64,000 nucleotides of DNA. Origin: Patescibacteria group bacterium. Lineage in GTDB: Bacteria; Patescibacteriota; Patescibacteriia; UBA1558; GWA2-36-10. The notes under the pieces were generated by a model that was given only the letters and a program-made list of their open reading frames with translations, searched no databases and had not been told where the DNA came from. Positions 1-10,183 of this stretch are shown here, in pieces. The stretch spans positions 147,108-211,107 of the forward strand of contig JBAYIR010000001.1 of NCBI GenBank assembly GCA_041665505.1, given 5' to 3'. Position 1 is the first letter of the stretch. The number at the start of each line of letters is the position of its first letter. Position numbers and translations under genes: made by a program.

Positions 1-2
1 CA

Positions 3-2552
3 CATGATAGTTGTCGTTTTGTTCCAGATTGGAAGTTTGAATGGGGAACTAACGATAGCTTATTAAGTTTAAACGGAGATTATATTGGTGAGCACAATGC
101 CACTGGTTGGTCCGATTTTGATTCTTTGACAGATGTAAATGGTCAGGCACAAGTAGAATTAAATTTAGAGGAATTACCAGGCAGGCTCTGGTTTAGAGAA
201 GTATTACCTACTGCTGACTATTTGCCATTTTCTTTTCCTCCAGGAAGTGCTCCCGGCAATAATGTCAGTGCTGAATTTTGGTGTAATAATGATGTTGTAA
301 ATTATGACAACGCTGAATGGATTGATGTCAGTGAAGACAATACATATTATTGTGTAGCTTTCAATGTTAATCTTTCAGAACAAGAGGAATGTTCTATAAA
401 AGATAGTCTTATTGTTAATGGTAGTTTTGAAGAGCCAGTAGTCACAAATAGTGATTTGTGGCAAAAAATGGGTTCAGTGCTAGCTTGGGTAATTGAAAAA
501 GTATCTGATAATTCAGCTACTACCTTAGAGCTTCACAAAGGTTGGAGTGGCAACGTAGCCTCTGATGGCTTACAATATTCCGAGCTTGATGGCGACCACT
601 CAACACGTGTCACGCAAAATGTAGCCACAGAAGCTGGCGCTCAATATAAATTATTTTGGTCATTTGCTCCTCGTCATGATGTTATAGCCGTTGGGGACAA
701 TCATCTTGCAGTAAAAGTAGATGGTAGTCAGGTAGCTACCAATGGTCCAGCTACTGGTAGTGCCCCTCTGGCTCAAAGTGATTGGACAAAGTCTAATTAT
801 ATATTTACTGCCAGTAGTACCAATACAGAAATAGCTTTTGAAGACATTGGTCCAAGCAATAGCTATGGTACTTATCTTGATGATGTCCGTTTGTGTAAGA
901 TAAAAGATGTAGAACCAACTCCAGCAGCTCCATGGTGCAGTGCTTTACTTGGTGCATTTAAAGCTTATTATGATGCCAACTCATCAGTTTATGGAATTTA
1001 TAATAATGTAATTGATTTAAATAATGATCAAGTAGTTGATTTATCAGATTTATCATTAGTAACTTCAATGCATTCTGAAGCTGATGATGATGTTTGTTAC
1101 GCTGAATTTGAAAATCCGACCAGTGAAACAAGAGAATTTTATTTTTCATGTGAAGATTCAAATGTCGGTTGGTGTAATGGTCTAGTACAAGGTGTTACAG
1201 ATTTTTATGGCCAGAATTATACAAATAATGATTTTGCGCCTAGATATGATTTAAATAATGATGGTGTAATCAATCTAAGTGATTTAGGTTTAGTGACAAC
1301 ACTTAATGCTAATAATGATCAAGTAGCTTGTTATTCATATTATGTGCCACCATTTTTGATGTGTCCTGATGAAAAACCATATTGTGGTGATGGAGTGGTC
1401 AATCAAGAAACAGAACAATGTGATGACGGTAATTTAGAAAATGGTGACGGTTGTAGCGCTAGTTGTCAAAATGAATATGATCCAAAACCATATTGTGGTG
1501 ATGGTGTTGTCAACCAAGAAATAGAACAATGTGATGGTAATGCTTCACAATCTTGTACTACCGTAGCTGGCTATGCTGGCACACAAAACTGTAATCTGCC
1601 TTCAGATGACGTTAAATTACAAAGTGTAGAACAAAGATATTGTGTCTGGAATTCATGTGTGACTGAAGAGCTCTGTGGTGACGGTATTCAAAATGGTCTA
1701 GAGCAGTGTGATGATGGTCCAAATGGGTCTAGCACTTGTAGTACTCAATGTGAAGTAATTCCAGAACCACCATGTGTGACTAACTGCGGTGGCGGCGGCG
1801 GTGGAGGAGGAGGGGGATCTTCTTTCTCTATTAAAGATTTAACATCAAATATTAGTTGTCAGGCTTCCAATATATCATGGAAAACAAGCAGATCTTCTGA
1901 TACTATGTTGGAGTTAGGCACGGAGAGCGGTGTTTATACTCAACATATAGATGAAAATGATAATACTTTAAATCATACTGTATCTTTAAAAAATTTATTA
2001 CCAAACACTACTTATTATTATAAAATAAGAGCTATTAATGGTTCTAGAGAATTAACAACTGTTGAGAAGACATTTAAAACTCCTCCAGTTGAACAGTGTG
2101 AAGAAGTTTTAGGTGAAAAGATTGAAGGCGAACCATTAATTTGCGATTTCTTAAGACCAAGTGGTTCTCATGGTGAAGATTCAGATCTACATGGTAGAAT
2201 GGAGTATTCAGATGGATCACTGTTGAGAGATGCTTGTGATCATAAAATGTCTGTTTATTTGATCAAAGACCAAAAGAAATGGCATGTACCTACTTGGCAA
2301 TATTTACATGATAATCACTTTGGTCAGAGGATTTACAATGTTCTGACTACAGTTTTAGACAAATTCCCAGATTGGGGTAAAGTTCTTGGTGTAAAAGAAT
2401 ATGCTGATGGTACATTACTACGCGGTCCAGATTTCAAAATTTATGTTTTAGAAAATGGTCATAAACAACATATTAAGAATTTAGAAGAATTAGCTAAATA
2501 TGCTGGACGAGAGATTATAAACGTTAGTGACGAAGTTATAAATAGATACTAA
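3..2552 (+). CDS. Large Cys-rich surface/secreted protein, 5'-partial (DUF642-like jelly roll, dockerin/EF-hand-like repeats, Myxococcus-type Cys-rich repeats, poly-Gly linker, FN3-like domain)
   Basis: Frame is open from position 3, upstream of the ORF-track start at 126. Motifs: NGSFEEP...LDDVRL, DLNNDQVVDLSDL / DLNNDGVINLSDL, three CGDG..N..EQCD repeats, G-run, LxNLLPNTTYYYKI. Confidence 0.75.
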   Translation, partial: HDSCRFVPDWKFEWGTNDSLLSLNGDYIGEHNATGWSDFDSLTDVNGQAQVELNLEELPGRLWFREVLPTADYLPFSFPPGSAPGNNVSAEFWCNNDVVNYDNAEWIDVSEDNTYYCVAFNVNLSEQEECSIKDSLIVNGSFEEPVVTNSDLWQKMGSVLAWVIEKVSDNSATTLELHKGWSGNVASDGLQYSELDGDHSTRVTQNVATEAGAQYKLFWSFAPRHDVIAVGDNHLAVKVDGSQVATNGPATGSAPLAQSDWTKSNYIFTASSTNTEIAFEDIGPSNSYGTYLDDVRLCKIKDVEPTPAAPWCSALLGAFKAYYDANSSVYGIYNNVIDLNNDQVVDLSDLSLVTSMHSEADDDVCYAEFENPTSETREFYFSCEDSNVGWCNGLVQGVTDFYGQNYTNNDFAPRYDLNNDGVINLSDLGLVTTLNANNDQVACYSYYVPPFLMCPDEKPYCGDGVVNQETEQCDDGNLENGDGCSASCQNEYDPKPYCGDGVVNQEIEQCDGNASQSCTTVAGYAGTQNCNLPSDDVKLQSVEQRYCVWNSCVTEELCGDGIQNGLEQCDDGPNGSSTCSTQCEVIPEPPCVTNCGGGGGGGGGGSSFSIKDLTSNISCQASNISWKTSRSSDTMLELGTESGVYTQHIDENDNTLNHTVSLKNLLPNTTYYYKIRAINGSRELTTVEKTFKTPPVEQCEEVLGEKIEGEPLICDFLRPSGSHGEDSDLHGRMEYSDGSLLRDACDHKMSVYLIKDQKKWHVPTWQYLHDNHFGQRIYNVLTTVLDKFPDWGKVLGVKEYADGTLLRGPDFKIYVLENGHKQHIKNLEELAKYAGREIINVSDEVINRY

Positions 2553-2569
2553 TAAATATATTTTTATCG

Positions 2570-2599
2570 CCGCCCCCGCATTGTGCGGGGGCGGTTTTT
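2570..2599 (+). terminator. Intrinsic terminator
   Basis: ccgcccccgca-ttg-tgcgggggcgg followed by ttttt, just after the stop at 2552. Confidence 0.85.
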
Positions 2600-2618
2600 G
2601 TTTTATAATGTCTTTACT

Positions 2619-3476
2619 ATGCCAGAATTACCAGAAGTAGAAACAATCAGGCGAGGCTTAAGTGACAAAATTCTCAATAAAAAGATTGTCAGCGTGGAGA
2701 TAAAAAAACCCAAATTATTGAGAAATAAAGTGGCTAAGTTCAAGTCGCTTATTGATAAAAATAGTATTTTATCTATTGATAGAGTAGGCAAGCTTTTGAT
2801 ATTCAATTTGGCAGATAATAATTTTTTGTTGATTCATCTTAAGATGACTGGTCAATTGATCTATTCATTTAAAGATAATTTAATAGCTGGTGGACATAAT
2901 TTTCCAGCTACTACTGAACTACCCAATAAATATTCTCATATTATTTTTAATTTTATAGATGGTTCAACTTTATTTTTTAATGACATGCGGCAATTCGGTT
3001 ATTTGCAGATAGTGGATAATTTGGGGCAAGAATCAGCCAGAGCTAGATTTGGTTTAGAGCCAGGTAGAGCTGATTTTACCTGGAAAAATTTTAGGAGTAT
3101 AATAAAAAGTAAGAAAGGATTACTAAAAGTTTTGCTTTTGAATCAGCAGATTATAGCTGGAATTGGTAATATTTATGCCGATGAAATATGCTTTAGAGCC
3201 AAAGTATTACCTAGTCGCTCTGTAGATAGTTTATCGGATGATGAAATAAAAAAGCTTTATCAAGCCTGCCAAGTTATTATTAAAAAAGCTATAGACAAAA
3301 GAGGCACTACTTTTAGTGATTATCGGGATGCAGACAACAAAAAGGGGAATTTTGTCAGCTATCTCAAAGTCTATGGTCGTCAAAATCAGTTATGTTTAAT
3401 TTGTAAAAATACCAAGATTAAAAAAATAAAAATCGCTAGTCGGGGGACACATTTTTGTCCTAGTTGTCAAAAATAG
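2619..3476 (+). CDS. mutM: Formamidopyrimidine-DNA glycosylase
   Basis: MPELPEVET N-terminus (start set at ATG 2619), HLKMTG, GIGNIYADE, C-terminal CxxC...CPSCQ zinc finger. Confidence 0.97.
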   Translation: MPELPEVETIRRGLSDKILNKKIVSVEIKKPKLLRNKVAKFKSLIDKNSILSIDRVGKLLIFNLADNNFLLIHLKMTGQLIYSFKDNLIAGGHNFPATTELPNKYSHIIFNFIDGSTLFFNDMRQFGYLQIVDNLGQESARARFGLEPGRADFTWKNFRSIIKSKKGLLKVLLLNQQIIAGIGNIYADEICFRAKVLPSRSVDSLSDDEIKKLYQACQVIIKKAIDKRGTTFSDYRDADNKKGNFVSYLKVYGRQNQLCLICKNTKIKKIKIASRGTHFCPSCQK

Positions 3477-3518
3477 TTTATTATTACTAATACTTAATAA
3501 AAATTAATTTTTAAGGGG

Positions 3519-4169
3519 ATGAAAAAAATAAAATTTTATGACATTTTTTCTCTGCTGATAATTTTTTCTGTAGCTGTATCAGCTTATTATTTTAATGGCT
3601 TATTGCCAGATATAGTGATTACTCACTGGGGTTATAATGGTCAGCCTGATGGCTGGGGGGATAAAAGTGTTTTGGTGGTTTTTGTGCCATTTTTAATTAT
3701 TGGTCTTTATCTTTTATTTAGATTTTTGCCAAAGATGGATCCCAAAAAAGAAAATTATCTGAGATTTGACTCAGCTTATCATGCTTTTAAATTGTTGATG
3801 GTAGCTTTTTTAGCTATAGTTTATTTTATTTCTATTTATAGTAATCTTGGCTATCAAATACCTATTTCTGATACTATGACTTGGTTGATGGGTACTTTGT
3901 TTATTGTGATTGGATTTTTGATAAAAAATGTCAAGCAAAATTGGTTTATGGGTATTCGCACGCCTTGGACATTATCAAATGAAGAGGTTTGGAAAAAGAC
4001 TCATTTACTAGCTCAAAAAGTTTTTGTGGTAGGTGGTCTGTTTTTTGTCTTTATGCCTTATGCTTCCCCTAGCTATGTACCGATAATTTTTATCTTTGTC
4101 TTGGTGATGATTATTGGTCTTAGCTATGGCTATTCATATTGGCTGTATAGAAAATTAGAGAAAAAATAG
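3519..4169 (+). CDS. SdpI/DUF1648 family membrane protein
   Basis: HWGYNGQPDGWG and NWFMGIRTPWTL..EEVWKKTH motifs, multiple TM helices. Confidence 0.9.
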   Translation: MKKIKFYDIFSLLIIFSVAVSAYYFNGLLPDIVITHWGYNGQPDGWGDKSVLVVFVPFLIIGLYLLFRFLPKMDPKKENYLRFDSAYHAFKLLMVAFLAIVYFISIYSNLGYQIPISDTMTWLMGTLFIVIGFLIKNVKQNWFMGIRTPWTLSNEEVWKKTHLLAQKVFVVGGLFFVFMPYASPSYVPIIFIFVLVMIIGLSYGYSYWLYRKLEKK

Positions 4170-4251
4170 GGGATTGTTGGGTAATATAGATTTTTCCCGC
4201 CAGAGGCGGACAGGTAGCTAATATTAGATAAAATTTGTTGGTATTTATATA

Positions 4252-4280
4252 TTGACAAATTTTTTGTTATATGATATAAT
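4252..4280 (+). promoter_or_regulatory. Consensus sigma70 promoter
   Basis: TTGACA (4252-4257), 17 bp spacer, TATAAT (4275-4280) with extended -10 TG. Confidence 0.85.
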
Positions 4281-4408
4281 AATACGTTCACTACTAAGGT
4301 GGGCTAATTGTGTCTTGTGACCAATACGCCTTAGTATTGGTCATTGAAATAGAGTTTAGTCGAAACACACGCAAGAGAGTCACTCGATAGAGAAGAAGGA
4401 GGAAAGTC

Positions 4409-6622
4409 ATGTATTTGGACAACCAGCAAAGGCTGGGAGAGTTCGGACTCTACCTGGGAGACACCTGGGGATGGGTCTGGCCGGAAATGATCCTGCCCAT
4501 CTTCGCCGTGGCAATTCTGCTCGGCTGGTGGATGGCAGCACTTCGTGTCAAACGTTTGGGAACGGCTGCCTTCAAAGGACAGGGCGGCTTCTGGAACTTC
4601 GCCATCAAGCGGGCGGCTGGTTTGGTCGCCACTGGACTGTTCGGGCTCATCATCCTGGTCAGTGTCCAGTACTTCGGTCAGGAGCGAGTAGCCAAGCACC
4701 ACGACCTGTGGGCTTGGCAAATCAAGGAATTCATCCCCATGCTCAAGGGTGTGGCAGTCGGGGAAGACTCGACTGTTGTCGCGCTTGAAGCCGAGAAGTA
4801 CTACGTCGTTGGCGATGATGAAGAAATTCCCGAGGGCTACTCGCGTGAGTCCTGGGAGAAGTTCATCAATCGGCCGGTTGGTGCCATTGAAGGCACCTTG
4901 GGTCGGCATACCCAGCCTAGGACCTTTGGCAAGGAAAGGGTATATAGGGGTGGTCACCCGCGTTGGTGGGTGGATCCTATCTCCTTGTTTATCCTGCTGT
5001 TGCTCTTGACACAAGTCTTGGGCAAAAGTGGTAAGATTTGGCTCTTCGGTCGCTACATTTGGGGCGTGGTGGTGGTACTGTATCTGATACTGTACCTGAC
5101 ACTCCGTCCTTGGCTCCAAGGTCAGGTGGATTTTTGGAGCCTCACACTGGTCATAAATTTGCTCCAGCTGTGTGTGGTGGCTTTGGTACTGCCTCTGGCC
5201 TGCAGGAAGTTGGTGTGGATGTTGAAGAACAGGCAATGCGTGGTTACTATTGATCCGATCGAAAAGCAGCCCATGGCCTACACTGGGCAGATGTTTTTCG
5301 GTCTGGGGATTGGTACATTTATTGCCTTCACCAGCATTTTCTTCGTGCTCTTGCTTTTTCCTGCAGACATCATCAAGTTGGGTGGGTCCATCCGGACGCG
5401 CTTGATTTACTTGGTGCTGCAGGTGCTTGCCACTGGAGCTTTCTTCTTCTTGACCCAACTGGAGCGGGTTAAGCAGAAGATTATGATTGAGATTCCTCGG
5501 CGTGTCAGTTTGATCGCTGGTGGGATCTTGAGCATCCTGGCTTTTGCCTTGCCGGGTGTCTGGCTTTTCCTGTTCTTGCTGATTTTGATGATCTTGGTTT
5601 ATGAGCTTGGTGCTAATTATCAAGTGCCGATTGCTCATAAGCTGGTTATTGAAATCTTCAAGAAGGATCGCTATGATCCCTGGATTTTCCTCTGGCAGAA
5701 AGAGACCAACCGTATGGCCTCAACATATGGTTGTCTCAAGACTATGTTGAGGGAGGGGCTTCACATTACGCTGGTGGCGATGTGGGCTCCGTGGCTTAGG
5801 GTGTTTGTTTTCGTCGAGGAAATCCTCGAAGTTAACAAATACAAAGTGGATGAGCCTTTGGCTACCAGCAGTGTGCCCTGTAAATTCGAAACCGACGACC
5901 AAGGTCGTTTGATTGAGATTCTGACGGATGGGGAGGGTGTTTCTACTGGGCCGCCAGTGGAGTTTTTCGTGAGTCAACGCTTTGGGATGTACCACGATCC
6001 ACGGCTCTTCCTGCGTCTGTCGCTGGAAGATAGGCGTGATCCAACGGGGCTTCTGAAGCGCGATACTCAGAACCACTTGGCTCGTCTGACGCGCAAGCTT
6101 GGTATGAACCAAGCACTGATCGGAAGTTACTACACTTCCGAGGCCCATTTCTTCTTCTTTGACGGTCCGGGCACAGAGCCTATGACTTTTCCGCAGCTCC
6201 TGCGTCGTGGCTCTATGCGAGTTGTTGGTTTCTTGGAGATGAGCACAGAGCTTTCCGACGGCAATCCTCCTCCCGGCCTTGAGGCTTCCCAGATCGAGCT
6301 GGAGAAAGCTAAGATCGATCTGGAGACCGAGCGGTTGAGAGCGGAGATGGCTGTCATCAAGAAGAAGGCTGAAGGCACTGGCGCCAAGGAGATGATCGAA
6401 GAGATCGAAAAGGCTCTTCAGAAGGGAGCCTCTGCTTTGGCGGCGTCTGAATGGCTCCAGGTCATGGAGCTGGTCAAGAGTGATGCCGTCAAGTGGTTAC
6501 TGCCTTCTGGTCTGATTGACCGCTTGGGCGGTCTGGGTGATGTAGCTCGGCGGCTTGGGGTTAGTGCTCCGACGACGCCAGCTGCTCCGACCTCACCGCC
6601 GGCTCCGCCGGCTGGCGACTAA
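4409..6622 (+). CDS. GC-rich polytopic membrane protein with C-terminal SPFH/band-7-like domain
   Basis: SD aaggagga before the ATG. Many TM segments in the N-terminal ~400 aa. C-terminal half has LREGLH, DPRLF and a coiled coil ending KKKAEG, resembling SPFH. Pro/Ala-rich tail. Confidence 0.6.
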   Translation: MYLDNQQRLGEFGLYLGDTWGWVWPEMILPIFAVAILLGWWMAALRVKRLGTAAFKGQGGFWNFAIKRAAGLVATGLFGLIILVSVQYFGQERVAKHHDLWAWQIKEFIPMLKGVAVGEDSTVVALEAEKYYVVGDDEEIPEGYSRESWEKFINRPVGAIEGTLGRHTQPRTFGKERVYRGGHPRWWVDPISLFILLLLLTQVLGKSGKIWLFGRYIWGVVVVLYLILYLTLRPWLQGQVDFWSLTLVINLLQLCVVALVLPLACRKLVWMLKNRQCVVTIDPIEKQPMAYTGQMFFGLGIGTFIAFTSIFFVLLLFPADIIKLGGSIRTRLIYLVLQVLATGAFFFLTQLERVKQKIMIEIPRRVSLIAGGILSILAFALPGVWLFLFLLILMILVYELGANYQVPIAHKLVIEIFKKDRYDPWIFLWQKETNRMASTYGCLKTMLREGLHITLVAMWAPWLRVFVFVEEILEVNKYKVDEPLATSSVPCKFETDDQGRLIEILTDGEGVSTGPPVEFFVSQRFGMYHDPRLFLRLSLEDRRDPTGLLKRDTQNHLARLTRKLGMNQALIGSYYTSEAHFFFFDGPGTEPMTFPQLLRRGSMRVVGFLEMSTELSDGNPPPGLEASQIELEKAKIDLETERLRAEMAVIKKKAEGTGAKEMIEEIEKALQKGASALAASEWLQVMELVKSDAVKWLLPSGLIDRLGGLGDVARRLGVSAPTTPAAPTSPPAPPAGD

Positions 6623-6651
6623 ACATACTTCCCTCTCAGAGGGGAAACAAC

Positions 6652-6682
6652 ACCGGGACGTTTGAAAGGGCGTCCCGGTTTT
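6652..6682 (+). terminator. Intrinsic terminator
   Basis: accgggacgttt-gaaa-gggcgtcccggt followed by ttt. Confidence 0.8.
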
Positions 6683-6727
6683 CTATTTGCTAAAATCTGG
6701 ACTTATATTTATCAATCAAAAAATCCG

Positions 6728-7714
6728 CTAGTTTAGCGGATTTAATATTTTCTCTACATCATCAGGATTGCTTACAGTCACTAGTTGTTTTCTTAGTTCA
6801 CTAGCATCAGGTCGGCCTTTGACATAAAATAATAAATGTTTTCTCATTTCTATAAAAGCTCTTTCATTTTTTGATTGCCATAGCAAGTGAGCGTGCCTGA
6901 TAGCTGTTTCTTTGATAGTCGGCCAAGTGACTTCTTGGTAGCTGCCTGTGTCAATATAGTCTCTTATCTGCTTAAAGAGCCAAGGACGACCGTATAGAGC
7001 CCGAGATAGGGCTATACCATCAGCTTGAGTATATTTAAGGTCTGTTACTACTGACTCTATAGTCTGAAAAGAGCCATTGATAAGATATATAGACTGGGGG
7101 AAAGTGGTTTTAAATTTTTGACCAGCCTCACGCAACATTTCCAAATCCACTGGACCAGTAAAAGGTACTTCGTAGCTTCGGCCATGCAGTATCAAAGCAG
7201 CTAGTGGCAAATCTGATAGAGCATCTATAAAATCAAAAATAGTAATGTCACCAGAGTCAGGCTGACCTTGAGTTTTTCGCAGGCTAATTCTAGTTTTGAC
7301 TGATACAGGTATATCTACAGCTTCTATAGTTTTGGTGACAATGTCTCTGACAGTTTTCATATCTCTCAGTAGACAAATACCCCCACCGTGGCCAGCTACT
7401 TTTTTGGCGGGGCAACCAAAATTTATATCAATACCAGCTACGCCAGTTTTGGCGACAATTTTAGCGGCCTGAGGGTAGAGATCTGCTTGTTTGCCAAATA
7501 TTTGGACTACTACTGGTTGTTCACTGGCTTGATACTCTAGCATCTGTATAGTTTTAGAACTAGCATGGCAAAGAGCATCCACCGAGACAAACTCAGTGTG
7601 GACTATGTCAGCTCCCCAAGACTTACATATTTGACGCCAAGCGCTATCAGTAATACCAGCCATAGGCGTCATAGATAGTATGGGTTTTTTTAGATTTTGC
7701 CAAAAGTTTTCCAT
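6728..7714 (-). CDS. dus: tRNA-dihydrouridine synthase (DusB-like)
   Basis: PMAGITD, IDINFGCP, HGR motifs. Confidence 0.93.
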   Translation of the reverse strand: MENFWQNLKKPILSMTPMAGITDSAWRQICKSWGADIVHTEFVSVDALCHASSKTIQMLEYQASEQPVVVQIFGKQADLYPQAAKIVAKTGVAGIDINFGCPAKKVAGHGGGICLLRDMKTVRDIVTKTIEAVDIPVSVKTRISLRKTQGQPDSGDITIFDFIDALSDLPLAALILHGRSYEVPFTGPVDLEMLREAGQKFKTTFPQSIYLINGSFQTIESVVTDLKYTQADGIALSRALYGRPWLFKQIRDYIDTGSYQEVTWPTIKETAIRHAHLLWQSKNERAFIEMRKHLLFYVKGRPDASELRKQLVTVSNPDDVEKILNPLN

Positions 7715-7788
7715 TTGTATATTATAAATCCCATCCAGATTAATCTTTAGATGGGATAGTTATAGCAAAAATAATTGTTTTTATCAAA

Positions 7789-8712
7789 TCAGAGCCATTT
7801 TTTGTTGCGGAAAAATACTAAAAAGAACATAATAACAACCAAAATGAAACTCAACATAATATAAAAATCACCAGCTGAACCAATAAAAGGCATGTGTTTG
7901 GCGTTCATACCAAATATAGAAGATATCAAAGTAGCTGGAATCATCACTACAGATACTACAGTCAATGTCTTCATAATGTCATTTAAACGGTGAGATATTA
8001 GTGATTCATTGGTTTCTTGGAAAGTATTGATATTTTCTTTAAGGGTTTCCAAAATATCCCAAATGTCTTTAGTCCTATCTAAAATATTACTAAAGTAAAT
8101 ATTCATCATATCATGCATGAAAAATTTATTGTTGGCACTCATTAGTTTTTTGATGATAGTTTTATGCGCTTGCATAATACGACGAAAATCTACAATATTT
8201 CTTTTGGTATGGAGTATTTCTATTACTAGTTTTTTTTCTTCTCCTTTGAAAATTCTTTTTTCTATATCTTCAATTTCTTGAGTGATATGGTCTAGCATCG
8301 GCATGGTGTAGTTTTGCAAGCGGTGTAAAACTTCATAAAGTAAAAATACAGAATGGCCGTCCATCATAAATTTATCTCGGCTGTATTCATTGGTTTTTAG
8401 TTCATTGAAAAAGTTTTTTATAGTAGGTGTTCGGCCGTCAGATATGGTAATTAAGTATTTTGGTCCAATAAAAAAATCAACTTCACTAGATTCTATTTCC
8501 CGAGTCTCTCTATTGTAAGCGGGGAAAGTCAATATAAAAAATATATAGTGAGTATACTCACTGATTTGAGGCCTTTGGATTCTACCTAGGCAGTCTTCAA
8601 GATCTAGAGGATGAAAATCGTATTCTTTTTGTAGATATTCAATTTCTGCTCGGGTCGGTTTTTCGATATGCAACCAGAGTATTTTTTTTGTTTTTATTTT
8701 GTCTATTTTCAT
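7789..8712 (-). CDS. corA: Mg2+ transporter CorA family
   Basis: HPLDLED, C-terminal GMN motif between two TM helices. Confidence 0.93.
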   Translation of the reverse strand: MKIDKIKTKKILWLHIEKPTRAEIEYLQKEYDFHPLDLEDCLGRIQRPQISEYTHYIFFILTFPAYNRETREIESSEVDFFIGPKYLITISDGRTPTIKNFFNELKTNEYSRDKFMMDGHSVFLLYEVLHRLQNYTMPMLDHITQEIEDIEKRIFKGEEKKLVIEILHTKRNIVDFRRIMQAHKTIIKKLMSANNKFFMHDMMNIYFSNILDRTKDIWDILETLKENINTFQETNESLISHRLNDIMKTLTVVSVVMIPATLISSIFGMNAKHMPFIGSAGDFYIMLSFILVVIMFFLVFFRNKKWL

Positions 8713-8818
8713 TTTTTTATTTATCTTTATTATATTATAATACTTTTTTGTATCTTAGGCAAAAATAATTTTGGAAAAAAGATATAAATTATGTTATAAT
8801 TGTTTTACGCTTAATACT

Positions 8819-9226
8819 ATGAATAATCAATTTAGGCATAGAGCCTCAGCTAGCAAAGTAAATAATAATTGGAAAAGCCAAATTTGGAGCTCCAATATTT
8901 TTTCTATGTTACTGATAGTATTACTGATTATTTCTTTTGTGAAAGTGGGTAAAGAGATTATGCTGCGCTATGAGATAAAAAAGGAAATAAATACTCTAGA
9001 AGCACAATTACAAGATTTGGAAGCCAAGACATCTAAAATGGATAAGTTGATTTCTTATTTAAAAACAGATGAATATATTGAAAAGCAGGCTAGATTGGAG
9101 CTCAATCTTAGCAAACCAGGAGAAAAACAAATTAATTTGGTCAATTTAAATGACACAGCCAGCAGTGATTTGTCAGATGATCAAAGACCAAATGTAGAGA
9201 AATGGTTTAATTATTTTTTTAATTAA
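8819..9226 (+). CDS. Septum formation initiator FtsB/DivIC family
   Basis: TM helix, coiled coil, YIEKQARLELNLSKPGE. Confidence 0.85.
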   Translation: MNNQFRHRASASKVNNNWKSQIWSSNIFSMLLIVLLIISFVKVGKEIMLRYEIKKEINTLEAQLQDLEAKTSKMDKLISYLKTDEYIEKQARLELNLSKPGEKQINLVNLNDTASSDLSDDQRPNVEKWFNYFFN

Positions 9227-9230
9227 TTCT

Positions 9231-10175
9231 ATGAGTTTTAAAGATAGAAATATTATTAGGCAAATTAGCCAGATTTTTAATTTGGTCAAAAAAAATAATC
9301 GGATAAAAATAATTGGAGCAGTTATTTTGTTAATAGTTTTGTCTCAATGGTTGATGATAAAATTAGTTTATGCTCATAAATTGCCTCTCAGTTCATCAAT
9401 ATTTTTTGCTCAAGTTTATAATCTCAAAGCTGGCACTATAGAAGAGCAATCAGGAGAGCTTGATATTTATTTGAAAGATTTTTTGATTAATAAAAGATTT
9501 GCTGATAAATTATTGAAAGCTACCCCTACTATAGAGGATAGTGTTAAAGATACTGACGCTAGTGAGGAAGAGCTTTCAGGTCTAGTTTGGAGTAAGCTAG
9601 TCAAATTAGCTTGGTTAAATAAATTGGCCAAGGAAAATAATATAGAAGTAAGTTCAGAAGATATTGATGATTATATTAATGCAGTAGGTGGAGTAGATAA
9701 TGTAGAGACAATGCTTAAAAACCAAGGAACTTCTATTGATGAATATAAATATTTTTTAATAGAGCCAGACATATTAGAGAATAAGGTTTATAATCATTTA
9801 ATAACTAGTTTTACAGATCAAAAAGGAGTCCAAAAAATACAAGAAGTTTATAGTCTACTAGAAGCAGAAAATGGCCAGAACTGGGATGAAGTTGTCAAAC
9901 AATATGGTGAAAATGGGTCATTGTCAGATAATAGTTTTTGGTTGTCTGAAGAAGAATTGGTGGATATTTATGAGCCAATTAAAGATATAGAAGCAGGGGA
10001 GTTTAGCAAAATCGTTCAAGCTCCAGATGGTTATATTATTTGGCACTTAGATTCTATCTCTAGTGATGAGACTAAAGTAATGAGAGAAGTCAGGGGTTTG
10101 TTTGTTTATGCTCAGAGTATTGATGATTTTTTTGATGCTTATTTAGATAGTGTCAGTATAAAGAAAATATATTAA
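9231..10175 (+). CDS. SurA/PrsA-like membrane-anchored chaperone (parvulin-like)
   Basis: N-terminal TM, AKENNIEVSSEDID, degenerate rotamase GEFSKIVQAPDGYII. Confidence 0.65.
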   Translation: MSFKDRNIIRQISQIFNLVKKNNRIKIIGAVILLIVLSQWLMIKLVYAHKLPLSSSIFFAQVYNLKAGTIEEQSGELDIYLKDFLINKRFADKLLKATPTIEDSVKDTDASEEELSGLVWSKLVKLAWLNKLAKENNIEVSSEDIDDYINAVGGVDNVETMLKNQGTSIDEYKYFLIEPDILENKVYNHLITSFTDQKGVQKIQEVYSLLEAENGQNWDEVVKQYGENGSLSDNSFWLSEEELVDIYEPIKDIEAGEFSKIVQAPDGYIIWHLDSISSDETKVMREVRGLFVYAQSIDDFFDAYLDSVSIKKIY

Positions 10176-10183
10176 ATTTTTTT

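Noticed and set aside
1788-1817. Gly-codon run as a phase-variable tract
   Set aside because: Mixed ggt/ggc/gga/ggg codons in frame; an ordinary linker.
4197-4209. Short palindrome ccgccagaggcgg
   Set aside because: Single copy in the window, so a REP-like family cannot be established from this sequence.
4331-5638. 435-aa antisense ORF and other overlapping ORFs in GC-rich patches
   Set aside because: Shadow frames of the + strand gene, which has the promoter, SD and terminator. Higher GC lowers stop-codon frequency.
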